Part shown: one piece after another, positions 60,294 through 64,000 of the stretch
Numbering within the stretch: the first letter of the stretch is position 1
How the letters are laid out: each line of letters begins with the position of its first letter
The notes under the pieces: generated by a model
Seen by the model: the letters and a program-made list of their open reading frames with translations, nothing else
Told to the model about the DNA's origin: nothing
Databases searched by the model: none
Origin: Balanoglossus misakiensis
Taxonomy: Eukaryota > Animalia > Hemichordata
Direction: 5' to 3'
Assembly (NCBI GenBank): GCA_040954595.2
Contig: CM082576.2
Location: forward strand, 15,981,028 to 16,045,027
Length of the DNA stretch: 64,000 nucleotides
Position numbers and translations under genes: made by a program

Positions 60294-63104
60294 TTAATAT
60301 GTACTATTGCACATGCGCTTTCCGCGAAGAAACGATGTCTTATTTTAGACTGAACACGAACTGGTTATAATGAAGGCAGGGCTAATTTGTTACCCATCCT
60401 TAATTACACATATGTATATCCATTTTCCAATCATTGGAAAAACAAAGCCTCAGGCTTTCATTCATGATTCTCTTCCGAGACATCGGCCCGTTCACTTCCG
60501 GTGTGAGCTCATCGTGTATCCAAACCATTTTTAACACGGGTTTGTTAGTCTTTTATTATTGAAAAGTGGCTAAACACGTTAAATCGGAATCATATACGAT
60601 ATCCTGGTTTCGCGTCATACAAGTGCCAACGCCCGCGAATGTGTAATTTACCCCCTGGCGAGTCTTCGACTGAAGGGCAAGCGACCTTTGACCTGCGCTA
60701 AAGACGTCATTAAAATCTTTAAACACGCAACAGGCCTATTTAAATCGGATTATGGTAAGACTATGCAAATGTGAAAAAGTCAGGCTACTGGCAAGACGTA
60801 CTGTGTGTGCTCCCGGATTTCGAGAAAATCACCGGGGTTATGGCTTTAATTGTCATCCAATCTTACATATGATATCCATGAATATACAGCGAGTACATGT
60901 ATGTGGAAAATACATTGAAAAATCCTGTGCAGTGTTAGTAAGGGAACGCAATTTTCTCGAAAGCGTTGTGCCGGATTGGCCGTTTGACCCCATTTGTAAA
61001 AGTCAATCTATACTGTCAATCATGATTATTCAAATTCAAACAGCGGCCTAGCGCCTATGCGATGTTTGCTCCAAATGGTCAAGACAAATATAAACCACGC
61101 ACATTAACTGCGAAATTCCGTTATGTAGACAATTTATCCAAACACGTAGATTTTATCACAGTCCCTCCACTAGCAACTCACTTGACATGACCGTTGTAGA
61201 TGACCTACGTAAATGTCTGTGTAGGCAAAATATGCATGAAACGCAATTGCTCATTTAGTCCTATGAAAGGTGCTAAAATCATTGCCTATTGACGCCATTT
61301 CCATTTCCAAACGTCACATTCTAAGTTCACCGATACATATCATAAGAACCATTTCCTTGGGTGACCAGGGTTGAAGCATTCGTCGATTGCAGAAAAAAAG
61401 ACCCGTTTCGATTCGCTATGAAAAGAATATGTCGACAACTTCCCAGAATGTTCGGCTATTGTGCATTTTCATCTACATGATCTACATGTGCTACGTATAC
61501 ACTTAGCTGACGGAACTTTTCTTACATTAAAGACAAGTTAATCGCATCATATTTGGAGTCGGTTAGGAGGTAGAAGTAGACAGGGAAAGGATTTTGCTTC
61601 GATAAAATCAAATTTCGGCCGAAAAAGCTGCGGTCCGGATCCGGACCGCAGAAGCACCAGTTTTTTTCTATGGCGCCTTGCAGGGCTGTGGTGGAGGCCA
61701 TGTAACGCCAGGAACACACAGACCTGTACGCAGGGTTAGAGTGTGTCCTGTAACTGCCTTCCTTCGATAACCATACAACAACAAATAGACGGTAAACGTT
61801 TATGCAATACCAATGGATTTAAGTTTTCAAACTGGTCGACAGTCAGGAAATATGCATGACCAATCGATTGATTGGATTCCCCAGCGATACTATTGTATCT
61901 TGTGATTTTTTGTAGTGAAACTGGAAATCGGCAGGCTGCATTGCCAGTTGTTCTGCACATGCGCAGTTCCTCTGTCTAGAAAAAAAAGTCAAATTTCACC
62001 AACTTATAAATGTGCATTCGGCAAATAAACCCCAAATGTTTTCTTTGTGGCCAAAAATACTGCCAGTGTGATTTTGTGTTCAATTCCAACCTATTTTTAT
62101 TTAGATTGACTTGTGATACCCTCTCTTAGCACAAAAAGCATAATTTCAGCCCCAAAATGGTTGCCATAGAAACATGTGATCACTAAACGGATATCATTTT
62201 TGTTCTTTTAGAGCCAAGGTACCCCTATGGTGAATTTTTTTGTCGAAATCGGACCTATTATTATTAAAATTATTATTTTTATATAATTCTTTATTATTAT
62301 TATTGCCATGCAATTTATTGCCATTTAAAGAATTATATAAACAATGTATCAATTTAATAAGCACGGGTGGATTTTCTCTACAATCATTCGTGATACTTCA
62401 GATTCATAAAGACAACATTTTTCAAAGTGGCCTATGTATCTAAAATTGCAGACGACGTTTCAACGCTTTCGGTTGAAGATTTTCTACATATTCACAAATC
62501 AAATATTGGTATTTTGACAAAGTAAACTTTTGGAATTGAAAAAATACTGTGTGTAAAGTAACGAAAAGTTACAAGCTACCTTAACTCTTTGATTAATCTT
62601 TACGTTAAATTGGAATAGCTGTGCTTAAGGAGCCTATCTTACCTCGAAACACACTTTTGAGGATAAATAATAATTGGGCTTGTGTGTTAAATGCTGGTGT
62701 CCTGTTACTTATTTCATGTGGATAAATAAATGTTAAATTTAAAAATGTTCAGGGTCTGAGAAAAAAGTTCTGTTTAGGCCACGCCCATTTCCGTGACGTC
62801 ACAAGAGGAACCCATTTACGTTTGCAACAGACTTAGCACTGTACATTGCATGGTTGAATTGCAACCATACATGCCTGTGATCTAAACGGCTTTGCTGTGT
62901 CAGCCTGGGTATAACTCTGTATCCCCCGTACCCTTCAAAATAAACGTACATATGTCTACCTTATCATCTAGGGGAGATGCGATTATGAAAAAAAAAACTC
63001 GGCCCGGTTAGGCTACGGCTACGCATTGCAAGCAGTACACAACATGCAATGGCAGTGGATGTGTATAGGCACCTTACACATACAATGATTGCTGCCTCGA
63101 TTAA

Positions 63105-63451
63105 AGGGACAAAGTCTCTCTCTTGCTGCCCTTTTTTCCAATAATTATATTTGATACAAGACACCGTTTGTTATTCTACATGTGGATATATAGTGAATGA
63201 ACATTCAACCACACACAACTGCCACCCCTCTTACAGACAGGAGAGTGAAAAAACTCGCCAAAATGAATAATCGTTCTTTACCATTTATTCATTTTGGGCG
63301 AGTTTTTACTCTCATATCCTACAAACGAGATGGAAGTTGTGTGTGGTCGAATGTTGATTCACCATATATCCACATGTAGAATAACATAAACGGCGTCTTG
63401 TATCAAACATAATTAATGGAAAAAGGCCAGCGAGAGAGAGACTTTGTCCCT
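63105..63451. mobile_element. Kolobok-like MITE with long imperfect TIRs
   Basis: TTAA|AGGGACAAAGTCTCTCTC...GAGAGAGACTTTGTCCCT|TTAA. Inverted similarity continues inward for more than 110 bp (ATTCTACATGTGGATATAT / ATATATCCACATGTAGAAT). Confidence 0.85.
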
Positions 63452-64000
63452 TTAAACCGTCGAATATTGCCCAGAGGTTTAGGTCTAGAGTGTTGGGTCT
63501 AAATCTACTTATCTTGGACAATGTCAACTTATTGATAACTGATCGTGGTCTTTTGGCGATTTTCGATGACTGCCTCAACAGACAAAATACGCGTGTGTTA
63601 TTGTACAAGGCCAACTAATATGCCGATCGGCAGCGATGACACATATCGCGCCGCGATGTATATTTACTACCAGCACTAAAATTCTGTCTTCTGAATTACA
63701 TGTAAGCTATGCCTTTTTGGTGATGACAAACAGAAACATTTATGACTTGTCGCTGTAATCATGGAAGTTCCTTGACATGCTTCATACTGCATTATAACAA
63801 AATGAAACCATACAACCAACAGCAACAGGCGATCATGCCAGGCCGACCCACTCACGCTCACAAAGCATGAAACATTTTCATTGATACACACGAATATCTA
63901 AGTTTGGAAACGGTTTTCACTCACACGAGGCAAAATTTATTCAACACATTTTGTTTCAAAATTTGTACAGTGTGTTTTGGAGCCGATGAGTCGGACATAG

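Noticed and set aside
60300-63100. Possible genes or further TEs near the right end
   Set aside because: There are only isolated terminus-like motifs (61701-61739, ~62227, ~62580) with no partner ends or coding signal.

Overview
Eukaryotic, AT-rich, transposon-dense window, probably from a marine invertebrate (inferred from the TE repertoire and spliceosomal introns). I found no intact host gene, no tRNA or rRNA and no CRISPR array. From left to right: (1) two TauD/TfdA-family dioxygenase pseudogene copies in opposite orientation, one with a 2.5-kb palindromic IS3EU-type derivative in an intron; (2) a LINE 3' fragment and hairpin-headed non-autonomous elements; (3) a 12.7-kb CAC...GTG CMC/EnSpm-like transposon (12186-24932) with a multi-exon transposase gene and a divergent, intact 6-exon accessory gene of unknown function; (4) nested Helentron-type non-autonomous elements with ~238-bp internal repeats and a stack of five 3' hairpins; (5) four near-identical 4226-bp tandem copies (27981-44884) containing a foldback DD37E Tc1/mariner derivative with a SAM-like second ORF; (6) a decayed Gmr1-like Gypsy element (integrase before RT); (7) a three-level nest of TIR element > Harbinger > Ngaro-like insert; (8) several MITEs. 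All translations and alignments were done by eye. Family names are motif-based and were not checked against any database.
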